From the NCBI GenBank assembly GCA_051294375.1, contig CM119267.1, forward strand, positions 18,881,439 through 18,945,438: a DNA stretch of 64,000 nucleotides. Reading direction: 5' to 3'. A model generated the notes under the pieces. That model ran no database searches, had not been told where the DNA came from, and worked only from the letters and a program-made list of their open reading frames with translations. This document shows, piece by piece, positions 11,842 through 23,721 of the stretch (position 1 is its first letter; each line of letters begins with the position of its first letter). The position numbers were made by a program, and so were the translations under genes. The stretch is from Paraspadella gotoi. Lineage: Eukaryota > Animalia > Chaetognatha.

Positions 11842-12150
11842 CTCTTTCATCAACTCTTAGGTAGGGAAAGAAAATAAAATTTGAATTTTAAAAAAGTTGG
11901 CGCATCTTTTCGGTGCAAGTGATATTTTTTTACAAACAAAAAGCAAATGAAAAACAGTAAACAAAAAAAAAAAAAAAAAAAAAAAAAAAAACGATAAGTG
12001 CTTGGCGCGAAATCCGCTAGATGCTCGACGCTACCATAAATCAAAAATTATTTTTTTTCTCTCTCTAAATCCCTTTTCTTTTTTGTGTGAAGAAAAATGG
12101 AAAACTCATACAAAGCGAAGATTTCCGCGTACTTCGTCTTACGTTTAGGG

Positions 12151-12248
<98 letters not shown>

Positions 12249-12372
12249 ACACCATATATATTTTCCATGTTGTTCATTATTATTTGTTTTAATGACCGAT
12301 CAGTTTTCATTGCCATTACGATGCCATAACTTAAAAAACATTCAATTTCGACTATAATAATGAACCCATCTT

Positions 12373-12409
<37 letters not shown>

Positions 12410-12470
12410 CTCTCTCTTCTCTCTCTCTCTTTCCTCTCTCTCTCTCTCTTCTCTCTCTCTTCTCTCTTCT

Positions 12471-12502
<32 letters not shown>

Positions 12503-13919
12503 CCCTCTCCTNNNNNNNNNNNNNNNNNNNNNNNNNTCCCTTCTCATATCCTCTCTGTCTCTGTCCATTTTTCATTCCCGCTTCCTTGTTTTTCCGCGGT
12601 TTTATTACGCGCTCCACTTCGTTTCGATTTGTCTCTGACAGCAGAAGGCGAAATTCGTCCGCAACGAAAAAACAACTACGAAACAAAAAAAAAAGCAAAA
12701 AACAGCAACGACGACGAAAACAACAACAAAAAAACGGCGAAACAATTTCATCGAAAAAAAGCTAAACGAAAATAACTTAAAAATAAGTAAAAATATACAA
12801 GGCAACAGCCAAAAAAAATAACAACGAAAATTTACAAGTCACAAGCGCGGTGGATGCGAAAGAAATCTATTTTTAATCCCACCTCTCATTCACTCGCGTT
12901 TTGGGTCGTCATGGAAACCCTTTTGGTTCCAAGTCGCCCCCATCGCCCCACTCTCAGAAGCAGATGCTCGTAATCTCAGAATTGAGATTGATTATTAATA
13001 ACTTTCCCAGTGGACGTCCCCGTTGGGTCGTTTGCTCTTTTTGGGTCTCGCGCGGGAAACTGAAACGTTTTTAATCATTCTATTAATTTTTTTTTAAAAA
13101 GGAAAATTATGTTTGTCGCTTTTCTCGATTCAGAATTAAAGAATTTTACGCCGATTTTGGTTACGTTTTATTTTCCTTTCTTTTTCTGTCTCACCGGTTC
13201 TGATATTGTTGTTAGTAGTGTCAGTTTACATGTCAGTTTATTTCAGTTTGCTTGAATTGTGACAAAAAGCTTTTACATATGACATTCCTCTCTCCTCATG
13301 AATTCTTTTTCTTTGAGAAAGATGACGACAGTTTTTTTTTTGTTTTTTTTTTTACAGTTTTCTGCACCTGTGAATAAAAACACCTGCTAGGAACAACTTT
13401 CTCTTTCTTTTTTTATTTCTATATATATATATTTATTAAATTTACGCCATGATGCATCACGTTTTAACAGTCAGGTACTAGAAAAAGAAAAGAAAGAAAC
13501 CTTTCCAACGAGAATTAGGATAAAAAAAGAAAGAAAAAAAAAACCATCCCCGGAAAAAGAGGAAGCAAGAAGCCTTTTCTTACGTAACGCGCTTTCTTTT
13601 TTCGCCTTTTTTTTTTTTGCCACTGCTTACGGCACTGCTGATCTGCCCGTTGTTGATATGCCCAACAAAAGCCAACCAAAAATATTTTTTTTTGTTGCCT
13701 CTTTCTTTTTTTTTTCTTTTTTTCTCTTCCTCCTCGTCGTCCTCCTTTTCTTTCGACATCTTCTCTTCTTGCTCCTCATCATTTTCCACCTTCTTCTCCT
13801 CCTCTTCCTCGTCTTCCTCTTCCATCCACAAAGGGGGAGGGAGAAAAAAATTTGTATTCATGGAATCTGAATCGGAATTTTATTCAGTCGATCGTTGTCG
13901 ATCGCGAAATGGAGGGAAG

Positions 13920-14047
<128 letters not shown>

Positions 14048-14269
14048 CAAGTTTTTAACAGCATAAAATAGAAAAAAGTGGGATTTTTAATTATATTCAT
14101 AATAGATATAAAAAAACTAAACGTCAAAAGCAGGAGGAATACTTTTCTCTCATGGTTATAGGCAGGGTTTCGTTAGCAGTAGAAAAACAAAACAAACGTT
14201 ATTTACTTGAAGATTGTTTTCAAATTCCAAAAACCAAAACAAATATTATCATTAAAAATTTAACCAAGA

Positions 14270-14630
14270 ATAATTCCTCCTAAAACGCGCTACCTGAAAT
14301 AATATAAAGCAGCAAATTTGAAACACGTGTAATCACAATGTCCCGATATGGTATGAAATTGGTACAAGCGATATAAAAAATATGTTAGAATGTAATAAAA
14401 AATTCAAAGGATCAATTCCAGAACAGTGCGATGAATGTCAAGTCCTTGACGATGAAAACCACAGATTAAATTATTGTGTCAAATTGAAACCTAAACTTTT
14501 ACTACAGTAATGAAAAAAAATTGTTTTGCCAAAAATTTTTTTTTAAAATAAGGAAGCGTCATAATTGATAAAATTATATCCGTTTAGAATATAAAAAATG
14601 GAAAAGGATCAATGCAATCTCCATGATGAA
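14270..14630 (+). mobile_element. 3' remnant of a non-LTR retrotransposon with CCHC zinc knuckle
   Basis: Reads 'SKFETRVITMSRYGM' and then, from 14382, 'MLECNKKFKGSIPEQCDECQVLDDENHRLNYCVKL' (CX2C-X7-H-X4-C), typical of LINE ORF2 C-termini. Confidence 0.65.
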
Positions 14631-14752
14631 TTTTTAACAATATTTGTAATCTATTGCATAAACTTATAATGAAATCAAATCAAGTGAGCCCCATATGGCG
14701 GAGTAGAGCAAGGTCACGTCGACGTTTCGGCAAAGAGATCTTTATAGAGTGC

Positions 14753-14788
<36 letters not shown>

Positions 14789-14844
14789 NNNNNNNNNNNN
14801 NNNNNNNNNNNNNAACCGAGAGAGATCTAAGCTAGTCCCACGGA

Positions 14845-14990
14845 CCCTCCCCGAATCCCTAACCGCCTTCCCCAATCCTAACCGCCTTCCCTCAATCCCA
14901 TAACCGCCTCCCCAATCCCTAAACGCGCCTTCCCAATCCCTAACGGCCTAATGCACCTAATAAATTTTGATTATAACCGTAACCCTAAGA
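14845..14990. repeat. Minisatellite of about 20 bp containing CCCTAA
   Basis: About 5 copies of 'ccctaaccgccttcccaat'. Confidence 0.85.
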
Positions 14991-15341
14991 ATTATCTTTT
15001 AACTAATCCCCCAAACATTACCTCGGACGAGCCGATTTCTCTAACCGAATCCTTTAAACTCGCCCAATTCTGAAACCAAGCCGAAATGTCGCGATTTCGA
15101 AAATCTAAAATCTAGAATCTAACATTCAGAAAATTGGATACAAATTTCATCCTTCGCCTTTTTTTTTTTCTTCAGCCCAAAATTCACACTCGAAGGAAGA
15201 GAGTTGGAAAAAAGGCGGAACTGACCGTCTCGCGGAAGAGAGAGAGCCGCCCCACTGTGACCTCGACAAGCCTTTTGGACCGAAAGTCACATCCAACATT
15301 CGAAAAGTGGCGTGTGGAAGAGAGAGAGAGAGAGTAGAGAG

Positions 15342-15395
<54 letters not shown>

Positions 15396-16679
15396 ACCAA
15401 GCGGAAAAGCCTCAAGCTGGACCCCGGGCCGCGATGGGGAAGTCTGTTTTCCGCTCCAGACCACAGGATGGAAATTTCTTGTTTGAGACCTTACTTTGGC
15501 TATAAAGTAGAGTAGCAGCGGCCATTTCACACCCGATAAGTCTCCTATATCTCTCTCTGGACTGATCCTTCTCTTATCTTTCTGTCTTTTTGCTGCAAAA
15601 TTGAATGGATAGGATAGCACTAATTTCGACCAGCTATCTCTCTCCCTCGAGCGCGAGATCGTTAATCAATGACTTTTAACAGATTCCACCCCCCCCCCCG
15701 AGGCCGGCGTCCTTCAGCTTTTTTGTTGTTGATAATGCCAATGATTAAAACGGAGAAAGAAAAAAAGAGAAATGATTTTTAAAAAAAAATATGAAAAAAA
15801 TTGAGAAAGAAAGAAAAATGGCGTCAAAAATTCATTCGTTTCATCATCGAAAAAAGAAAAAAAGAAAAAAGAAAAAAAAAAAGAATTGACGGTCGACGAC
15901 GTCGATTCATTTATCAAATTATTTTCTTCTTCTTTTTTTCTTATCTTGTTTTTTTTTTTTTTTTNNNNNNNNNNNNNNNNNNNNNNNNNNNNNNNNNNNN
16001 NNNNNNNNNNNNNNNNNNNNNNNNNNNNNNNNNNNNNNNNNNNNNNNNNNNNNNNNNNNNNNNNNNNNNNNNNNNNNNNNNNNNNNNNNNNNNNNNNNNN
16101 NNNNNNNNNNNNNNNNNNNNNNNNNNNNNNNNNNNNNNNNNNNNNNNNNNNNNNNNNNNNNNNNNNNNNNNNNNNNNNNNNNNNNNNNNNNNNNNNNNNN
16201 NNNNNNNNNNNNNNNNNNNNNNNNNNNNNNNNNNNNNNNNNNNNNNNNNNNNNNNNNNNNNNNNNNNNNNNNNNNNNNNNNNNNNNNNNNNNNNNNNNNN
16301 ACGGCGGTGATCGCGTCGACTCTTTGCGCATGCGCGGCCAATTAAACGCGACAACGTTACTGCTAATAAACACCTCGTTTAGAAGAGCGAACGACTCTTT
16401 CTCCTTCGAAAAGAACGACGATGACAGAACAACGACATAGAATGACGACGAGGACGATGATGAAAACGGACGACGATAGCGACGATCGACGACGACGACG
16501 ACGAACGACGACGACGACCATAAACAGAAGCGGCGAAACCAAACAAGAAGAGGATGAACGAAAAATAGAATTAATTAGAAGGAGAAACGAGAAAAACTCG
16601 CAACGAAGAATCGAGACTCCGATACGTTGAGTCCAAAGATTTTCAAGAGTTTGGAGACGCCGTTCCATGTCTTTTCCTC

Positions 16680-16776
16680 TCTTTCTTTTCTTCTTTCTTT
16701 CCTTCTTTTCTTTCTTTCTTCTTTCTTTTCTTTCTTTCTTCTTTCTTTCTGCTATCTTTCTTGCTTTCTTCTTTTT

Positions 16777-16808
<32 letters not shown>

Positions 16809-18222
16809 TATTTATTTCTTTCTTGCTTCTTTCTTTCTTGCTTTCTGCTTTCTTTCTTTCATTCTTTCTTTTCTTCTTTTTCTATTTCTTTATTCTCTCT
16901 CTCTCTCTCTCTACTCTCTCTTCCCATATCTCTCCCTACCCTCCCTATCTCTCTCTTTCTCCTCTCGCTTTCTCCCTCTCTCTTTTCATCTTTGATGGAC
17001 AACTCCCGCGCTCCGACCTCAAAGGAGTTTGGGATTGGATATGATTGCTCGCTCCATTTAGTGCACCGCGGCGCCGACAGAAACGACGCCGCGACGCCTT
17101 ACGGATCCTCCCGCGGCCAATTTCCGCGCGTCGATCTCTACTCCACTCTTTTTTTTCTCACTGATTTTTTTTGAAATTTGAATCCGAGGAGAGAAAAGAA
17201 CAAAATGGCGACGAATTCGGAGATTTTTTTACATTGTTTGGGCGAGGAGAGAATAAGGTTGAGAATAGAGAGAAAGAGAGAGAGAAGGAGAGAGAGAGAG
17301 AGAGAAGATGAGAGAGGAGAGAGAGATTAAGAGAAAGAAAAAATAATGATAAATGAATGGATGAATTAAATGAATGAATGAATGAATGAATGAAATAATG
17401 AATTGAAAGAAACAGAAAGGAAAGAAAGAAAGAAAGAAAAGAAAAGAAAAGAAAAGAAAGAATCAAAAAAGAAAGGAAAGAAAGAAAGAAAGAAAGAAAA
17501 AAAGAGAGAGCGAGCGATGAAAATAGCAACTAGCGAGAGAGAGCGAGCTTTAAACAAAGTATCCAAGACCACGGGAAAGAGAAGAAGAGAAAACTGGAAG
17601 GAAAGGAAAAAAAGAAAAGACAAAAAAATGATTGCGAGGAAAATTTTAGGCTTAGAATTGAAAGTATTGGATGTTATGGGAGAAGAGAGCAGAGAGAAAG
17701 AGAGAGAGATGGGAGAGAAAGAGATTCTAAACTCGGGCGAAACGATTTGCATAAAGAGGGAAAGTGGCGACTAGACAAAGACAACAAACGACAACGACCA
17801 ACAACGACTTTGACGTAGGACGGACAACAACAACAACAACAACAACAATTTAAAGCGGCCGCGACAGCAGAAACAACGATCGCTTGAAATAAACAACAAC
17901 AACAATATCAGTGACAAGGAAAATAAATTTACTTTTTTGAATGGACAAAACTAAATAAGTTCAGTTGAATCAAAGTCCGACTTTTCTTTTTTTTTTCTTT
18001 CTTTTTTTTCTTAATTCTCTTCTACTCTACTTTTTTTTAACATCTTTTCTTCTTTCTTTGACCTTTTGTTATTGACTTTTTTCTTCTTTCTTTCCTTCTC
18101 TCTTTCTTTCTTTTTTTCTTTTCTTCTCTCTTTTCTTTCTATCCTTTCTTTCTTTCTTTCTTTTCTTTCTTTCTTTCTCTCTTTCTTTATTTTTCTTTCT
18201 TTCTTTCTCTTTTTCTTATATT

Positions 18223-18286
<64 letters not shown>

Positions 18287-18360
18287 ACTTCTCATTTGTT
18301 CTGTCGTTCTATCTTTCTTTCTTTCTTTTTTCTTCTTTTCTTTTTTCTTTCTTCTTTCTA
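16680..18360. repeat. Long (TTTC)n/(GAAA)n low-complexity tracts
   Basis: Pyrimidine tract 16680-16990, purine tract 17260-17620, pyrimidine tract 17985-18360. Confidence 0.9.
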
Positions 18361-18565
18361 TACCACGCGATCTTCTCTCAAGCTTAACTCCAAGCATTTG
18401 AAGTCGGGCTTCTCAACTTCGTCGTTCCTTCTTTTTCGTCTTTGACGTCTCTTTCTCCTTTGTCGTCTTCCTCTTTGTCGTCGTCATCTTTTCTCTTCAT
18501 CTTTGTCGTCATTGGTCACCGATATTCTTTCTTCTTGTCTTTGTCCTCACAAACGATGACGTCGC

Positions 18566-18598
<33 letters not shown>

Positions 18599-18972
18599 AA
18601 TCTAAAACAAAAAAAACACTTTGTGATCCATCTGATCCATCCACCTTATCAATTCAAACCGCAACAAATAAGGCAACGACAACAACGACGACGACAACAA
18701 CGACAACAACGACGACGACAACAACAACGACCTCGCCTTTCGTCAGGACTTCGTTTTTTTCTCGCGCTAAAATAATCTGGAAACGGGGAGCGCTCAGCGC
18801 CAGTGACGGGGAGGAAAGAAGGGGCGCCGTCCGTACTATGGCAGAGTCTCTGCAGCAAACCCTGCGAGCAGCATCGCTGCGGCACAGGACGAGCGACAGC
18901 AACTCGGCAGACGAAGACGCTGATTCAATCTCGCGGGAACGAGAGGAGAGAGAGATGAGAGAGAGAGAGAGG

Positions 18973-19010
<38 letters not shown>

Positions 19011-19737
19011 GAGAGAGAGCGGGCAGAGAGCCGTATCGCTAGACAGGAAAGGGGGTGGAAGTTAAGGAAGTGAATGGGAGAGAAGATGGGGGGGAGATAG
19101 GGGGCGGTGAGGGCGGGGGAAACGAGAACTGGGAAAAAACCGAAAGACGAAATAAGAAAAGATTAAAAAAAAAAGAAAAAAAAGGGGAAGGCGCGTCGAA
19201 AAAGGACGACGACGACTACGACGACGACGACGACGACGAACGTCGGCCGCTCGGCTAGCGAGATTTTGTCGAGAAATCCATCACGTGATCCCGTTTCCGG
19301 TGGAACGCCTCGCTTACGAACGAACCGACGATGATGACGATGATGATGATTATGATTTGATGATGAATGATGATGATCCGACGACGATATATTGATGTTA
19401 AGAATTATGAGTACGATTGACGACGACGAAGAATATGTACGCACTGCATGATGACGATGGAGATCGAATGGAGTGACGATAGGATCGACTGATGATGACG
19501 ATGACTATAGTTATGATGACGTCGTCGTCTCTTGCTTGGCGACGATGACGATGAAGACGTTGCCTGGAGCCATTATTTAACAACAACAACAACCAACAGA
19601 GGGAAAAATGACGGCGACGACGACGACGCACGAATGTCAGATAAGGGGAAACTACCGATTTAACCTTCACATTTCGAATCACGAATTCATCTTTTTTTAG
19701 TTTTATATTTAGTTTTTGTTTTATTGTTGATATAAAT

Positions 19738-20305
19738 CCTGTTCTTTTCGTTGTTTGGGGGTCAGCGAATTAGAGACAGTTTGAGTTTAGTTTTGACAAC
19801 GATTTTATTTAGAGAATTCAAAAACAGGAATGTTTCGGCTTCATTTCAAAGCTTTCATCTAGCATTAGTGAAACTTTGAAAATATTTTGTGTAGAAGGGA
19901 GAGAGAAAGAGAGAAAAACAGTAGAGAGAGAGAGAGGGCAAAGTTTTCCACTCTAGATGTTTAGAAAGGACATCGTTGTTTTTGTCAATGGTGCAGGACC
20001 TCCTGACCAGCTCTCTCTCGAGAAAAGAGCAGAGATAAGTTGTGAAAAGAAGTGAAATGCGTGAATAAAGAGATGGAGAAACGAAGAGAGAGGAAGCAAC
20101 AGTGCATATCTTTACATTGTGTTAATGTATAACATAATTAAGTGAAATATTTAAAGCTAGATGGTATAATATTAGTGAAAGTTATACAATTATTCTACTT
20201 AATAATTAGTGAGAGTGAATCAGGAAATGTGTAATGAAAGGAAGATTTGAGAGAGTTGAGTTAAGTAAGTAAATAAATGTGAATTGAGAAGTAAAGATAG
20301 AGCTC
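19738..20305 (-). mobile_element. Inverted pseudo-LTR copy of the Penelope-like element
   Basis: Reverse complement of 20516-21110. It carries a hammerhead-like motif at about 19825-19870, and the junction 'agagctcatgagctct' at about 20300 is palindromic. Confidence 0.7.
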
Positions 20306-20977
20306 ATGAGCTCTATTCTTTTACTTCTCAATTTCACTTTATATACCCACTTACTAAACTCATCTCAGAAATCTGATGCCGTTTCCAATTTCAAGTATTT
20401 CCTGATTAGCTTCATTTTGGCAGCTGCTATCTTTACTTCTCAATTTACTTTATTACTTACTAACTCATCTCTCAAATCAATATCCTTTCAATTTTTCAGA
20501 ATTCCGTAGCCATTTTTGAGCTCTATTCTTGTTACTGTCTCAATTTTCATACTTTATTAACTTTTTACACTAACTCATCTTCTCAAATCTTATCCTTTCA
20601 AATTTCAGACATTTCCTGGTTTTACTCTCACTCAATTATGTTAAGATAGATTAATTGTTATACTTCACTAATATTTTCATCTGCAGTTAAAATTTTTCTT
20701 TATTGGTTTACTATGCGAATCAATAGTAAAAAGATTTTTGTGCACTGTGTTTGCTTTCTCTCTCCTCATCCTCTCCTCTCTCTTTTTCACCATTTGCGAC
20801 TTCTTTTCACAATTACTTCTGTACTTTTTCTCAAAACTTCAGCCTAGTCCTCACCGAATGTGACCAGCTGGTCCTGTTCTAAACTCTGTGTTGGAAAACT
20901 TTGCGCCTCCTCTCTCTCTCTCTCTTGTTTATCCTTCTTTCTCGTCTTTCCTTTACACAAAAATATTTTCAAAGTTT

Positions 20978-21030
20978 CACTAATGGTTGATGTAGATGGC
21001 TTTGAAATTGAAGCCGAAAACATGTCTGTT
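20978..21030 (+). ncRNA. Minimal hammerhead ribozyme motif in the pseudo-LTR (noisy copy)
   Basis: The three pLTR copies suggest a consensus 'aatg CT(t)GATGA (a)GGCT ttgaaatga AGCC GAAA CATGTC tg'. Each individual copy has errors in the core. Confidence 0.55.
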
Positions 21031-21316
21031 TATTGTAATTAAAAGTTCGTTGTTCAAAACTTAAACTCAACTGTCTCTAATCGTCCCAAACAACGAAAAG
21101 AAAGGATTTGATGATCACAATGTCTTAATTTCGAAATTAAACCTCTTCCCACAAAATCGGTTAATTTAAATACATCTGTCCCACGTCTCAACGCAATCGC
21201 AAGATGGATCCCATACCATCTACCATTTTTCTCTATCATGCCGTGCACCATCGACGGTCATTACCTGACGCCATCCAAATCAGAAATATNNNNNNNNNNN
21301 NNNNNNNNNNNNNNAC

Positions 21317-22473
21317 GTGACAAGAGAAAAGGACTTACGCATTATCGAACGCGCCAAACGCAGCCTCTTATCAAATTTCGTCAGCCGCTGCCACGCCACC
21401 TTGGCCCGGCTTCGTTCAGAACAAAGGCGCCTCCACGAGGCGTTGACCCAACTTCTCCCCTCGCAAGAATATGAAGCATGGCGCCAACGCATCGAGGTCG
21501 ACTCCACCACAACATTCCGGATAACCAAGGAGCGGCAAAAGGCAAAGCTGGAATCTCTTCGCCAACGCCACGCCCATGCGATGCTCGTCAAGGATAGACG
21601 CAATCGGCGACGTAACGAACTATTTCCATTAACGGAAGACGAAATCAAGAGCGCACAGAAGCGTTGGCTTGTGAACGCTTCATCCTACACTCTAACTAAC
21701 GATGAAGATTTTGTTTTGCGTAAGGGCTTATCTTTTGTTCCAACTCCTATTACTATGCCCGCTATTGACCTCATTGTCGGAGTTGAGACAGGAGCGAGAC
21801 TCCTCGATCAACAGCCCGAAGCGGCGGCTACCCTTCGGGCGGCGGCGGCGCGGATGCTCAACGCCAAAAGAGCTCCGCCCCCGCCAAATGTCGGACAGAG
21901 TGAACGCAAGGCCATTGCCTCACTCAAGCGCAATCATGCAATCATGGTTCACCCCGCGGACAAGGGTAGAGCTGCGGTAGTCATGGACGCCCATGACTAC
22001 AAAGAAAAAGTAAGAAAAATGATGGCAGATCGCACAACGTACCATCTCCTGCCAAAAGATCCTACCCTCGCTTACAGGGCTAAGATCCAGACCGTAACGA
22101 AAAGAATACGTGAATACTGTCCCCCGTCAGTATTTCACAGAGTCAACCCTGACTCAACGCAGCCTCCTTTGTTCTTCGGTCAGCCAAAGGTACATAAGCC
22201 CGATTTACCATTACGCCCGATCGTTTCAGCCCGCAATTCCATTTTCAATGGAATGACGAAGGAGTTGGGGCGCATCCTCACTCCTTTGGTCGGTAATCAA
22301 CACCACCTCCGGAACTCTGTTGATCTGACAGAAAAGTTGCAGCACATTACAGTGCCAGATAGTCATTGCTTGGTCTCGTGCGATCTAAAAAGCATGTTTA
22401 CTAATATTCCCCAAGAATTGGCGTTAGCATCAGCAGAACGTCGCTTGAGGGAAGATCGGAGATTACACGAGCG
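21317..22473 (+). CDS. Penelope-like reverse transcriptase ORF, N-terminal part, truncated after RT motif A
   Basis: Contains the motifs 'VLRKGLSFVPTP', 'HPADKGRAAVVMD..DYKEK', 'FFGQPKVHKPDLPLRPIVS' and 'LVSCDLKSMFTNIP'. Homology stops at about 22473 at a T-run. No YVDD motif or GIY-YIG domain follows. Confidence 0.92.
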
Positions 22474-22851
22474 ATTTTTTTTAACATTCGGCATTTTTTT
22501 CAAATGCTTCATTTTTCACTAATTAATTAATTAAATATTAATTAATTATTTTTTAGCCCTGATACGTCAATCATAAGTGCGAAAAAAGTATTTTATATTT
22601 TGATTTTTTCGTTGTTGTGAACCGTATTAATTTTCGTTTTCTAAATTTAAACGTAACAACAGAAAGAATTAAAACAATATTACTCATAATTTAATTATGA
22701 AGTATAGAGAAAAATAAGTAAGATTTACGGCATTAGAATGACAAAACTGTATAGATCAGTAGACATTATATAGTTTTCTTTCCTTTCGTTGTGTTTGAGA
22801 TTAGAAGAGTAAAATATTTAATTTATTTACAACAACCGACAAAGTTTTTTA

Positions 22852-22901
22852 AATTCGTACATGTTTCGGCTTTTGGCGCACACAGCCTTCATCAGCGCAT
22901 T
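22852..22901 (-). ncRNA. Minimal type I hammerhead ribozyme (Penelope-associated type)
   Basis: Minus strand reads aatgcg CTGATGA aGGCT gtgtgcgccaaa AGCC GAAA CATGTA cgaatt. The core is intact, stem II is GGCT/AGCC, stem III contains the palindrome ACATGT, the cleavage triplet is GUA, and stem I pairs 5 of 6. AATAAA lies about 25 nt downstream. Confidence 0.85.
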
Positions 22902-22977
22902 GACAGTTTTAAAAATTTAAACAGATTTTGTTTCACAAATAATGTGTGAGGGAAAGAATTGAATGAGGATACATTAT

Positions 22978-23580
22978 TAGGGGGAGACTAACTCAGTAAG
23001 GTGGTTAAGAAATTGGCATTAAGACAGCCTGCTCAAACGAAAATTTAGAACATTTTTTAAAAAATTGAATAGACAAATTTTTTTAATATTACTCGCATAC
23101 TCCAATATATTAATTTTTAAATATTTATTTATAAATAGGAAAGGCTAAAAATTTTTTTTTGATTTTTTGATTTTTAAGATCAGATTCAGGTAGCTTGCAA
23201 AAAGTTGTCTACACAAAGTATAATTCTTTTTTCGATATTTTAATCATAAAGTATGTGGAAAAATAAATGAAAAACTATTATAATACAACATCATCATCCA
23301 TTTTTCGATATTTTAATTACTTTTTCTTAATTTTGACCAGAAAACATAAATATTTTGGAAAGTTGTAGTTAAATTTTTTTATTTAACTTTTTATGCTCTA
23401 TCAGAATCATCAAAAAAAAAAAAGTTTAAGAATTGATTAAAAAATTTTTTTATCATTATATAGTAATATTTGTATTTAATAGCAACAATAAAAGCATTAA
23501 AATCGAACATTTTTTAAAAAATTCTTTTTTTTACCTAAAAAGTAGACCTTCAAAGATAAAGTTTGGAACCCCCGCCCCTA
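22978..23580. mobile_element. AT-rich non-autonomous DNA-transposon-like repeat
   Basis: The internal sequence is reverse-complement homologous to 48830-49200 (e.g. 'gctctatcagaatca', 'acacaaagt.ataattcttttttc.atattt'). The ends are tagggg and ccccta. Confidence 0.5.
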
Positions 23581-23721
23581 TTGAATTAATTTCATTAGTA
23601 GATTTCTAAAAATTATCATTGGTGCGAATGTTTAATGTGAATTGTGGATTGTCGAATGTCGATATAGTTTTATAGGAGAGAGAAGGGGATGAGCGGNNNN
23701 NNNNNNNNNNNNNNNNNNNNN

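Larger units (their letters stand above)
20516..22473 (+). mobile_element. Penelope-like element: pseudo-LTR plus 3'-truncated ORF
   Basis: A repeat of about 600 bp with a hammerhead-like motif lies upstream of a Penelope-type RT ORF. Copies of the repeat occur at 19738-20305 and 29048-29612. Confidence 0.8.

Noticed and set aside
14718-14735. 'cgacgtttcggc', the reverse complement of a hammerhead GCCGAAACGTC half
   Set aside because: No CTGANGA partner upstream on that strand.
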